A DNA stretch of 63,853 nt, counting the filler, from Octopus bimaculoides (lineage: Eukaryota), in the NCBI RefSeq assembly GCF_001194135.2. It is 5 parts of 5 records of this genome, joined end to end, with 100 filler letters (N's around TTAATTAATTAA, not from the genome) between each part and the next. Parts side by side here need not be neighbours in the genome. Positions count along the whole stretch, not along the records: positions 1 to 25,269 come from NC_068989.1; 4 more parts are not named here. One strand, given 5' to 3'. Below are positions 1 to 11,974 of the stretch, piece by piece. The stretch's first letter is position 1, and each line of letters begins with the position of its first letter. Below the pieces are notes generated by a model. That model saw only the letters and a program-made list of their open reading frames with translations. It had not been told where the DNA came from and did not search any database. Made by a program: the position numbers and the translations under genes.

Positions 1-167
1 ATACATACATACATACATACAGGCATAACTTTCTGCTGGAACAATGAGTATGTCTTTTTCAAATCTATGTTTAATTAGTTCTCTCCAACAAACCTTGGTT
101 CACAAGGAATGGCTTGAGTTTCAAAATACCAGTTGAAGATCTTTCACTGAAAATCATGATAATAATG

Positions 168-595
168 GTTTCAAAATTTGACCAGCAATTTCGGGGGAGA
201 GGATAAGTCGATTACATCGATCCCAGTGTTCAGCTCATGCTAATTTTATCGACCCCCCAAAGGATGAAAGGAAAAGTCAATCTCGGCGGAATTTGAACTC
301 AGAACGTAAAGACAGACGAAATGAGGATAAGCATTTTGCCCGGTAGGCAAATGATTCTGCCTGCCCGCCACCTTAAATTTCATGATAATATTATCTTCAG
401 TATTAAGGCGGCAAAATGCTTAGCGGCATTTCGTCCGTCTTTACGTTCTGAGTTTAAAATATTCGCCGATCTCGACTTTGCGTTTCATCCTTTCGGCGTC
501 ATTAAAATAAGTACCAGTTGCGTACTGGTGTCGATGCAATCGACTTATTCCCTCCTTCAGTATTGCTGGCCTGGTGCCAAAATTTGAAACCAGTA
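168..595. mobile_element. Two family-A tRNA-derived SINEs in head-to-head inverted orientation (168-375 minus, 404-595 plus)
   Basis: Both carry the family-A body (gcttagcg..ttacgttctgagttcaaatt..gactttgcctttcatcctttcggggtcgataaaataagtaccag), which recurs about 20 times in the window. Confidence 0.85.
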
Positions 596-1269
596 TTAAC
601 TTCACAAATGACTATACACATGATGCACGCATTTCTCTCTTTATTGTTCGTTAGTTGTTGTCTAAGTGATACGATGTGGCACTCAAAGGCCGTCTGGACT
701 GATTTTACAACTCTGCCTCCATCTTTCATTTCAACATTGTTCCTGCCGGTATCGCTGCAGACGTAGAAGTTACCACTCGTTGTTAGTATTTTTCTAGCCC
801 CTATGGCCATGTTGCGGATATTATGACGCTTCAAGATTATTATCTCAAATGCTGGTATATGTATTAGCGCCTTGTGGGACATAGTTTCGTTGAATACAAA
901 CAGCTGTGAGTTCCATAACTCTGAACTTTGCTTCAGTATTCTTTTGTCACTTTAATTTTACTCACGGAACCAACCCATGCAATACTCTTATCGATTCCTA
1001 TGTATTTGTAAAACTTATCACTGGCTATAGGGGAGACAGACAGGATATGTATGTGTGCAAGTATGTATGTATATATGGATGGATGGATGGATGGATGGAT
1101 GGATGGATGGATGGATGGATGGACACATGCATGCATGGATGGACGGGTGGATGGATTTCGGTTAGAATTTCTGCCCATGTGGGTTTTAGAGATTCGATCT
1201 ACTGAACTACTAGCTCAACTTCCTCATTGAATAATCCTGTCTGTAGATGATTGTATATACATATATATT

Positions 1270-1394
<125 letters not shown>

Positions 1395-1510
1395 ACAATA
1401 TACATACATACATACATACATGTATAGTGAGACAGTGAGTAAATAAGAATGGAAAAGAGACACACAGGAGGAGTCAGAATCAGTGAGCTTCATACCATGA
1501 GAATATGTAT

Positions 1511-1587
<77 letters not shown>

Positions 1588-1993
1588 AGAGAGAAGAGGA
1601 GAGAGAGAAGAAGAGAGAGAAATAGAGAGAAAGAGAAAATAGCAACATGACTACACGTAGAAACCGAAAAATCAAAATCAAAATCAAAACCAAAACAAAA
1701 CAAAACAAAAGAAACAGTTAAAACAAAAGGAAAAACGTTATAAAACAAATGCATGAACATTGTAAGCTGCCTCATTTCGAAATTTTACATTCACTTGGCC
1801 CGAAGTCCATGATTTGATAAATGATATGTCACGGGAAGACAGTTGATAAAACAGAATAATTATCAGACATTTGTTTCGACGATGAAGCCATTAAATTTGA
1901 CAATAGACAATGAGTGGAGGCAGTCTTTTCGGTGGTTTTCTTGCTTTTATATACGAATATTTATTAACTTTACTTTGTGATATACATACATAC

Positions 1994-2036
<43 letters not shown>

Positions 2037-2814
2037 CGAACACAAAAATATGCATTTAGAAATATGTATGTATACATATATGCTCTCGTAAATTAGTATT
2101 TATAGACTTAGGGAAACATTAGCGTAATTCTTAATATGTATATATATCTATAAGATATTTATTAATGTATACTCTTAAATGAGGCGATTTCCAACATCAG
2201 AATGTGTGTGAGTATGTGTGTGTATATGTGGGTGCGTATGCATAAGTATGTATGTATATGTGTGTATGCATGTACGAAAATGGTTATACATCTACATTCA
2301 CCTTTGTATTTTTATACACACGCACACACGTCTATACTTGTGTGTCCCTATGTGTTAGTGAATGAATATGATTATAGGTGTGAGTGCGTGAGCGCTTTAT
2401 AATTCGCCAGTGTGTCAGTGTATAAGAAATACGTACATCTGTATCAATGTACATGTGAGAGCATACATAGGCAGATAGCTAGCTAGCTAGATAGATAGAT
2501 AGATAGATAGATCTAATGCCTCACTAGCATGTGCACACACACTAAGGTACATACGTATATGATTATAGGTTTGCATTGTTGTAGACTGCAATAGAACCAA
2601 AATGTAGTCACTGCTTTGAAGTGGAACAACATTCACGGAGTAGTTAGTTCCCGTTCCTCAGACGACGAAACAGAGTTATAAACTCCGAGTAGCAACTTTG
2701 CGGTCTGATCTAACAATAAGTAAATACGTATATGTATATGTGTTGTATGAATAAAGTGTATGTATATATTTGTGTGTGCATATATGCAAATGTATATACA
2801 TGCATGTAAGTATG

Positions 2815-2847
<33 letters not shown>

Positions 2848-3256
2848 NNNNNNNNNNNNNNNNNNNNNNNNNNNNNNNNNNNNNNNNNNNNNNNNNNNNN
2901 NNNNNNNNNNNNNNNNNNNNNNNNNNNNNNNNNNNNNNNNNNNNNNNNNNNNNNNNNNNNNNNNNNNNNNNNNNNNNNNNNNNNNNNNNNNNNNNNNNNN
3001 NNNNNNNNNNNNNNNNNNNNNNNNNNNNNNNNNNNNNNNNNNNNNNNNNNNNNNNNNNNNNNNNNNNNNNNNNNNNNNNNNNNNNNNNNNNNNNNNNNNN
3101 NNNNNNNNNNNNNNNNNNNNNNNNNNNNNNNNNNNNNNNNNNNNNNNNNNNNNTATATATAATTTGATTCTTTCAGTTATTATTATAAGCTCTTCTGCTT
3201 ATATTTTATTATTATTATTATGTTATTATTATTATTAATATTATTATTATTATTAT

Positions 3257-3310
<54 letters not shown>

Positions 3311-3386
3311 GCATTTATATACATATTTATATGTATACACATGTATGTATGTATGCACGCATGTATGTATGAATGAATGTATGTAT

Positions 3387-3426
<40 letters not shown>

Positions 3427-4236
3427 ACACGTATATATAGATATGTATGTATGTATGTATGTATATATATATAATCTTATACATACACATATATATGTGT
3501 GTATATATATATAAATTGATTGCCTACGTAAATCTAAAGGGCAAAAAAGAAATCTATAAATTTGAAATTATAATTTAAAACCATTATCAATAGATGCCGT
3601 ATTTTAAATTATAATCTGACATAAAAATTTTCAAAGATAATTTGTTTTGAACACAAAAACACTAACCTATTAATGATAAATATATGTTCGTGTGTCTGTG
3701 TGTGTGTTTGTGTATTTATGTTTTGTGTTTTGTGTGTCCTTGTGTGTATGTATTTAATTCAAGTGGAAGTAGTCTAATTTCACTTTACTAGAAACCTTCT
3801 TCCTGTAGAAGCGATTCTCAGATGTTATATGAACGATGATTTTTTGGAAATACTAACGGTATTAATGTTGGCGTTGGGTATCTACAAGGCCTTCTCCCTA
3901 CTTCCGCTTGCAAACATATATATTTTAATGTTGTCTATGACCTAACAGTGCTAATCACACGCAGTCACATATTGAAAGGAACCGAAATATATAGCAGAAA
4001 GAGTAAGCGGTTTCAAGGGTGATTCTTTTTCTTCTCTCATTTATCCTTTCAGCCAAATTCTCTCTTTCTCTCTGTCTCCCACTTTCTTTTTCTCTCACTC
4101 TTTTTTCTATCTCTTACTTTCTTTCTCTCTTTTTCTTTCTCTCTCTCTCTCTCTTCTTTGAAGAGCCAAGATGGGATATTTTACACGTTGTAAACTCGGT
4201 GGAATTCTGAATTGAGAAAATGTCCTGAATTAACAC

Positions 4237-4297
4237 TGCCCAGTACTGCCAGGTTTCGTCCCCTTTCGTGCATAACGAAGAGGATCAGCCGTTGGCA
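4237..4297 (-). ncRNA. Decayed type I hammerhead ribozyme (core deletion)
   Basis: Minus strand reads TGCC-AA-CGG-CTGA[TGAG missing]TCCTCTTCGT(TATGC)ACGAAAGGGGAC-GAAAC-CTGGCA-GT-A-CTGGGCA. Long stem II, GAAA, GUA triplet and a bulged stem I are present; CUGAUGAG is shortened to CUGA. Confidence 0.6.
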
Positions 4298-4302
4298 CCT
4301 AT

Positions 4303-5575
4303 AGGATTAATAGTAATAATAATCCTTCCTACTATAGACCCAATGTCTGAAATTTGCGGGGAGCGGACTAGTTGATTGCATCGACCCAGTGTTTCACTGG
4401 TACTTGAACTAAGAACGTAGCGACAGAAGAAATACTGCTAAGCATTTCGCCCGGCGTGCTAACGATTCTGCCAGCTCGCTGCCTTAGGATTAATGATAAT
4501 AATAATCCTTTCTATTACAGGCGCAAAACCTGAAACTCTGGGGGAAGAGGCCAGTCGATTAGACAAATACCAGTACGCAACTGGTATTTGTTTTATCGAC
4601 GCCGAAAGGATGAAAGGCAAAGCTGACCTCGGTGAAATTAGAACTCAGAACGTAGCGACAGAAGAAATACTGCTAAGCATTTCGCCCGGCGTGCTAACGA
4701 TTCTGCCAGCTCGCTGCCTTAGGATTAATAATAACAATAATAATACTAATGATGACAATAATGATAACAAAATTTGAAATAGAAAGAATTTGGAGCATGT
4801 GATCAGTAAAGGTCAAGCCTATACTAATTAGTGCGTTGGGAACAGTAAGCAAAGATTTAGACAAATAGCTGAATGAAATTGGAATAGAATACTCTGTAGA
4901 GCTCCTACCGAAAGTGTGTCTCTTAGGAACGGCAAAAATTATGAAGAGGTTCCTAAGCGCTTGAGAAACTGTTGGAAACTTGCAGAAACCTAAGGTTACG
5001 AGTAGTAACCCGCGAGCCTCATAATTCTTACCAGGATTAAGACCGAACCTGAGCCAAACCAATATAATAACGATGACAATAATAATAATCCTTTCTACTC
5101 GAAGCACAAGGCCTCAAATTTGGGGCAAAGGATTAAGTCGATTACATCGACCCCCAGGGCGTAACTGGTACTAATTTTATCGACAGAAATTGCACTCAGA
5201 ACCTAGCAAAGTGCGTAATACTGCTAAGCATTTCATCCAACGTGCTAACGGAGTTGGGGGGAAGGGAGACAGTCGATTACATCGGCTCCAGTGTATCACT
5301 GGTACTTAATTTATCGACCCCGCAAAGATGAAAAGCAAAGTCGACCTCGATGGAATCTGAACTCAGAAGGTAGCAGCGGGCGAATTACCGCTAAGCATTT
5401 CGTTCAGCGTGCTAACAATTCTGTTGGCACGCCGCCTTAAGGATGAAAGGTAAAGTCGACTTCGGAGTAATTTGAACTCAGACTGCGAAAGCGTACGAAA
5501 TGCCACTAACCATTTTGCCTGGTGTGCTAACGATTCTACCAGCTCGCCGCCTTGATAATGATAATAATGATGATG

Positions 5576-5617
<42 letters not shown>

Positions 5618-5810
5618 GTTTCAAATTTTTCCACAAAGGCACCAATTTTGGGGAATGGCTGTTCAATTGGTACTTATTCTATTGACCCCGAAACGATGAA
5701 AGGCAAAGTTGACCTCGGCGGAATTTGAACACAGAACGTAAAGATAGACGAAATACCGCTAACCATTTTACCCGTCGTGCTAACGCTTCTGCCAACTCGC
5801 CGATTTAATA
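4303..5810 (-). mobile_element. Cluster of at least 6 same-strand family-A SINE copies or fragments separated by (AAT)n, interleaved with the R4 fragment
   Basis: Repeated gaactcagaacgta..gctaagcattt..gtgctaacgattctgccagctcgc..cctta units at about 4317, 4500, 5086, 5250, 5440 and 5615. Confidence 0.85.
4768..5065 (+). mobile_element. R4/Dong-like (RLE) non-LTR retrotransposon 3' end
   Basis: KFEIERIWSM*SVKVKPILISALGTVSKDLDK*LNEIGIEYSVELLPKVCLLGTAKIMKRFLSA* matches the C-terminus of R4-clade ORFs; flanked by AAT repeats. Confidence 0.75.
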
Positions 5811-6443
5811 ATAATTATAATTATGATAATTGCTTTACTGTAAATCAGCTACCTCGGCTGCTATCCAGTTAATATGACATCCTGATAATCATGTTCTTCA
5901 AATCGATTGCAACATAATTCCATATTCAGGAACTAAAAACCATAAAACAATGCTTACCAACCAATTACTTCCAGGCTACCATACCGTTCATATAATTACC
6001 TACCAACACCTCAATCTCTTTAAAGCAATTATTCCCTCTCGAACATTTGTGTTATACTATGGGAGGGTAAAAATGCAATAAATTTCGAATCATTAACAAT
6101 AAATGTTCACAGATCATTCAAAATCCAATTATAAGATTTCGGCATAATTAATTTAACAAAATGGACGCCAAGCTCATGTTTAGAAATGGCACGTTAACTT
6201 CCTCTGAAAAGTTATATGCGAGCAGCGGTCTTACTTAGATGCATATTCGTAAACCATATAGCGTCCACACGCACACATGAAGGTTATCCTCACCAAAATG
6301 ACATACAACATAAATACAAAGTCAGTATAAATGCCAAGGTGTCACCATGAAAATATAAAGCAAAATAGCTCTACGTGAATGTAACATTCTTAAAAAGCTC
6401 AAATTATTCTTCTGCAATGTAATCGCGTGTGAGTATACATACA

Positions 6444-6474
<31 letters not shown>

Positions 6475-6763
6475 GCGTATACATATACATATAAACTTTT
6501 ATCCTTTTATTCTTTTACTCTTTTACTTGTTTCAGTCATTCGACTGCCGCCATGCTGGAGCACTGTCTTAAAGGGGTTTTTAGTCGAAGAAATCGTCCCC
6601 AAGACTTATTTTTGTAAGCCTAGTACTTATTCTATCAGGAACGCAAACACACCAACATCGGTTGTCAAGTGCTGGTGAGGGGACAAACATAGATATAAAG
6701 ACACCCCCATACACACAAACATAAGCATACATACATATACATACATTATACTTGTATATTCAG

Positions 6764-6845
<82 letters not shown>

Positions 6846-6880
6846 GTATATATATGTACATAACACATACACACACAAAC

Positions 6881-7600
6881 ATGTATTTTGGTGACAAGTT
6901 TGATGCCTCTTTCATTCCATAGGTGATGACGGAGTTTGCCAAATGCGTTGGTTGTCTTTTCAAGACGGTTGGCGATCGAACTCACTTTAGTACCAAGATA
7001 TGTAAATTACTTCACATAATTTAGATGTTTTCCCCATCAGCCTGTATAGGAGTGTCACGAAAATTGTCAACCGGTGGCTAGTGTTTAACAAAGTACAGGT
7101 CATACAAGAGAGTAGTAAGAATGGAGTTGCTAATGTCGACATGTTTAGCAAATACAAGATTGGTGGAATCGAGAATACCCTTATACAATCAGATTATGCT
7201 GGACTGGCCATGTTGTCAAAATGAGTCACGAAAATATACCCAAATTCCTCATGTATAGCCAGCTTGATAGTGGGCACTGGAATGTTGATCGACCATGGCT
7301 CAGATGTAAGGACAATCTGAAGAGTAACTCTTCAGCAGTCAATATAGCTCACATTACCTTCGAACGAACAGCCTTGGAGCGAACAAAATGGAGATTGTTG
7401 TGTCAAAATGGTATCAGAAACTTTGTTGCAACCTGTATTAACAAGCTTCTGGTTACAAGGCAAAGGAGAAAAGCGGTTGCAATTATACCACCTGGAGTGA
7501 CCTGTAATCCTCATACTTGCAGAATCTGTGTGATCTTTGAAAATCGTTGGTGGGACTTAAATGTCACATTAGATATAAGCATTAATGACGGACAAAGAAG
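6881..7600. mobile_element. RTE-clade LINE 3' fragment with an inverted 5' segment
   Basis: 6985-6881 (-) encodes SSIANRLEKTTNAFGKLRHHLWNERGIKLVTKI. About 7000-7600 (+) encodes ..GIENTLIQ/RLCWTGHVVKMSHENIPKFLMYSQLDSG..CKDNLK..ERTKWR. Both are recognisable consecutive post-RT segments of RTE ORFs. Confidence 0.82.
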
Positions 7601-8659
7601 GAGTAGGTTGTCGGATCCTCATACGTCTAAACCGACAGCAGAGTCAATTATACACATATATGTATATGTATTTATGTATTATGCATGCATGGCCATGCTG
7701 GAGCACAAATTGGCCTTAGAACTTATTTTTTTCTATCGGTCTCTTTTGCCGAGCCGCTGATAACGACGACGTAAACACACCAATAACGGTTATCAAGTGA
7801 TGGTAGGTGGGGCAAACACACACACACACATACATATACAACGGGCTTCTTTCAGTTTCCGTCTGCCAAATCCACCAACAAGGTGCCACACAGTGGAACT
7901 GGCCCCGGAACCATGTGGTTGGGAAGCAAACTAGTTACCACGCCTGTATGTATATGTATGTGTATANNNNNNNNNNNNNNNNNNNNNNNNNNNNNNNNNN
8001 NNNNNNNNNNNNNNNNNNNNNNNNNNNNNNNNNNNNNNNNNNNNNNNNNNNNNNNNNNNNNNNNNNNNNNNNNNNNNNNNNNNNNNNNNNNNNNNNNNNN
8101 NNNNNNNNNNNNNNNNNNNNNNNNNNNNNNNNNNNNNNNNNNNNNNNNNNNNNNNNNNNNNNNNNNNNNNNNNNNNNNNNNNNNNNNNNNNNNNNNNNNN
8201 NNNNNNNNNNNNNNNNNNNNNNNNNNNNNNNNNNNNNNNNNNNNNNNNNNNNNNNNNNNNNNNNNNNNNNNNNNNNNNNNNNNNNNNNNNNNNNNNNNNN
8301 NNNNNNNNNNNNNNNNNNNNNNNNNNNNNNNNNNNNNNNNNNNNNNNNNNNNNNNNNNNNNNNNNNNNNNNNNNNNNNNNNNNNNNNNNNNNNNNNNNNN
8401 NNNNNNNNNNNNNNNNNNNNNNNNNNNNNNNNNNNNNNNNNNNNNNNNNNNNNNNNNNNNNNNNNNNNNNNNNNNNNNNNNNNNNNNNNNNNNNNNNNNN
8501 NNNNNNNNNNNNNNNNNNNNNNNNNNNTATATATATATATATATTAATTAGAGAAAACCGTGGACAAACATCGCTGTGTGTGTCTACTGGCTTTTCCTTT
8601 CAAAAGCGTAAATACCCCGTGTTCAATTGTGTGTAAGAAGAGTGGGAGAATCGCTTGGC

Positions 8660-8750
8660 TGTGTTTCTATTTGCATCACAACAGCTCTTTGTTTGAGGCA
8701 GAGAGGTGAGCGATATATTGTCATAGGAGTGTCACATAATTAGATTAGTA
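8660..8750. promoter_or_regulatory. Candidate intronic enhancer motif cluster (octamer, Sox-like, paired-homeodomain P3 palindrome)
   Basis: ATTTGCAT at 8669-8676, CTTTGTT at 8687-8693 and TAATTAGATTA at 8737-8747, in apparently unique sequence. Motif match only. Confidence 0.25.
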
Positions 8751-11700
8751 GTTACTGTTAAATGAGCCGGTGACTTACAACCGTATCAAACTATATAATC
8801 CTCTAATGGTATTCTTAAGTTTATGCACCCGTCCACCCGGCGTCTCTTTAACGCTTGCATTTTTCCAATTCTCCCTTTTTGTTCTCGTTTCCTTTGACAG
8901 CTCCACTTTTCCTTTCTTACGTTTACGTCTACATTTTAATAATTTTAAGGAGAGAAAAAGCGGCTGTGAAATTCCACTTATATGCTTGTGTGTAATATAT
9001 ATACATATATANNNNNNNNNNNNNNNNNNNNNNNNNNNNNNNNNNNNNNNNNNNNNNNNNNNNNNNNNNNNNNNNNNNNNNNNNNNNNNNNNNNNNNNNN
9101 NNNNNNNNNNNNNNNNNNNNNNNNNNNNNNNNNNNNNNNNNNNNNNNNNNNNNNNNNNNNNNNNNNNNNNNNNNNNNNNNNNNNNNNNNNNNNNNNNNNN
9201 NNNNNNNNNNNNNNNNNNNNNNNNNNNNNNNNNNNNNNNNNNNNNNNNNNNNNNNNNNNNNNNNNNNNNNNNNNNNNNNNNNNNNNNNNNNNNNNNNNNN
9301 NNNNNNNNNNNNNNNNNNNNNNNNNNNNNNNNNNNNNNNNNNNNNNNNNNNNNNNNNNNNNNNNNNNNNNNNNNNNNNNNNNNNNNNNNNNNNNNNNNNN
9401 NNNNNNNNNNNNNNNNNNNNNNNNNNNNNNNNNNNNNNNNNAGGGAATTATACAAAAATATGCATATCATAATAATTTAGTATGTCGGGGGAGAATATGG
9501 TTAATAAACAATTTGCTTTTTCAAATACAATGTCATCACTCTGGCCGTATGGCATTGTAACAAGAAAATCATTTGAAATGAATTCAATACAGCTTATATC
9601 CTTTCATTATCTTTGTGATTCCACTGTGTAAAATAAATCTATTGATGCTAACTATAATTGTAGCTTAGAAAAATTGGGCACCATCTGGGAGGTAAACATT
9701 ATAAAATATAGAAAAACCAAAAAACATGAAACAAAGCTAATAAGAAGAATTAAAAATAAAGATGGTTGTCATTTGTATTCAGTGAGAAATATTTTGTAGA
9801 TAATCTGCAGCTAATAACGACCATAACCAAACAAAATAAAACAATATTCCCAACTGCCAACAATATTTCTCTCATTATTGCAAATATATTCTAGACTAAC
9901 ACCGAAATTCATGCAATTCTCTGAGTGCAAACATGTTCCCACACTCACTGACACCCACCCACGTATACACAAACACACAAACACACAAACACACAAACAC
10001 ATATACACATAAACATACACACATAGACACACACACACACTGGCACATACACACACATACACACAAGCTTTGTACATGCCCTTAGGCTTACGCATCGACA
10101 ATACTGATTTGCATACACATACATCGGGGTGCACGTACTTATTTAATTTTCAAATTCGATAGTGATTAACGGGATTCTGTTTAATTTTTGTTCGTGTTAT
10201 TGATGTTTTTATTTTTTTGCTTGGAAAAGAAGGATATGTTGCAGTTGTTTTTTGCTTTTGTTGTGCCATTTTGGTCCTGGTTATTGTTGCTTTTGTTGTT
10301 ATTGTTTTTCATATGGTATTATTCTGCTGGTTGTTGCTATTTTATCATTAGCATACTGGCTACCGTTGATGTTATACATTTTTTTAATAGGCTATTGTTG
10401 TTGTTGTTATTATAATACCATTATTTAACTGGCTATGATTGTTTTTTCTTATATCATTATTTTACACTCTGGTTGTTGTTGTTGTTGTACGATTGTTGAA
10501 CTGGTTAGGGTTACTGTAGCTAAACCATTATTGAACTAGCTATGGCTTTATATAAACAAAGGAAATGTCTTCCATAATATCACATGAAATATCGCTTGAC
10601 AAAATACTTTCTAACTCACCTAAAGCTCGTAACACTCAACGCTGCTCTCGAGAGAAATTGCATTTACTGCAACAAATTGTAGTATGCATTAACAAAAGAA
10701 CTAACTTATTTCCATCAAAGAAACACCTTGTTAATGAATTTCAATGGATTGGCTGATATCCAGAATGATCACTTTAATTCTTGCTATCATATACGCATTT
10801 ATTCAATTCTGAGTATCACAAATATGGACTACAAGTACTAGTCAAACACAACTGCGCACAATCACTTCACACCCATTTACATCACACACAGCTATGCATG
10901 GAATACCGCTCAGTAAATAGATTCCAAAAATTCGCTTCCATATGATGCTGCTAGTGTATCAGCGTATAAGCTGACGTCACTAAACAGATTACGCTGTTAG
11001 ATGGAACAACAGATCCTTCTTTACTTAGCGCCATGAGAAAATTAAAAACAGTTTATCAAAGGTGCGCTTAAACGAAGTTCAAGCATGTTAATAACGTTTG
11101 CCTTCCATATCACAATATACGTGCATGTGTCTATTGTAAGTGTGCAAGTATGTAGCCTATATATATATGTGTGTATATGTGTATGTGTGCGTCTGCATTA
11201 TGCATATATATATATATATATATATATATANNNNNNNNNNNNNNNNNNNNNNNNNNNNNNNNNNNNNNNNNNNNNNNNNNNNNNNNNNNNNNNNNNNNNN
11301 NNNNNNNNNNNNNNNNNNNNNNNNNNNNNNNNNNNNNNNNNNNNNNNNNNNNNNNNNNNNNNNNNNNNNNNNNNNNNNNNNNNNNNNNNNNNNNNNNNNN
11401 NNNNNNNNNNNNNNNNNNNNNNNNNNNNNNNNNNNNNNNNNNNNNNNNNNNNNNNNNNNNNNNNNNNNNNNNNNNNNNNNNNNNNNNNNNNNNNNNNNNN
11501 NNNNNNNNNNNNNNNNNNNNNNNNNNNNNNNNNNNNNNNNNNNNNNNNNNNNNNNNNNNNNNNNNNNNNNNNNNNNNNNNNNNNNNNNNNNNNNNNNNNN
11601 NNNNNNNNNNNNNNNNNNNNNNNNNNNNNNNNNNNNNNNNNNNNNNNNNNNNNNNNNNNNNNNNNNNNNNNNNNNNNNNNNNNNNNNNNNNNNNNNNNNN

Positions 11701-11974
11701 NNNNNNNNNNNNNNNNNNNNNNNNNNNNNNNNNNNNNNNNNNNNNNNNNNNNNNNNNNNNNNNNNNNNNNNNNNNNNNNNNNNNNNNNNNNNNNNNNNNN
11801 NNNNNNNNNNNNNNNNNNNNNNNNNNNNNNNNNNNNNNNNNNNNNNNNNNNNNNNNNNNNNNNNNNNNNNNNNNNNNNNNNNNNNNNNNNNNNNNNNNNN
11901 NNNNNNNNNNNNNNNNNNNNNNNNNNNAAGGAAGACGACAGAAAAAGAAAAGAAAAAGAGAGAAAGAAGAATAT

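Noticed and set aside
502-882. 126-aa minus-strand ORF and overlapping 82-99 aa ORFs
   Set aside because: They partly overlap a SINE and have no recognisable domain or WFQNRR motif.
2570-2665. CTGAGGA followed by a 5-bp stem and GAA on minus
   Set aside because: Position 15.1 is U rather than A and stem I does not pair; likely coincidental.
4232-4290. TAACACTGCC on plus resembling the 5' end of a twister ribozyme, and GGTGCCA/TGGCAGT on minus resembling HDV-like P1
   Set aside because: The twister L4 (UCCCAAGC), P2 partner and GAGGG are absent, and HDV P1.1 and J4/2 are absent. The hammerhead fold explains the sequence better.
8779-8928. 150-nt AG..GT-bounded segment on minus with an open basic frame (RKRKKGKVELSKETRTKRENWK..) as a possible next Uncx exon
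   Set aside because: It lacks VWFQNRR. Its open frame needs phase 2 while the homeobox exon ends in phase 0, and phase 0 gives ACG TAA.
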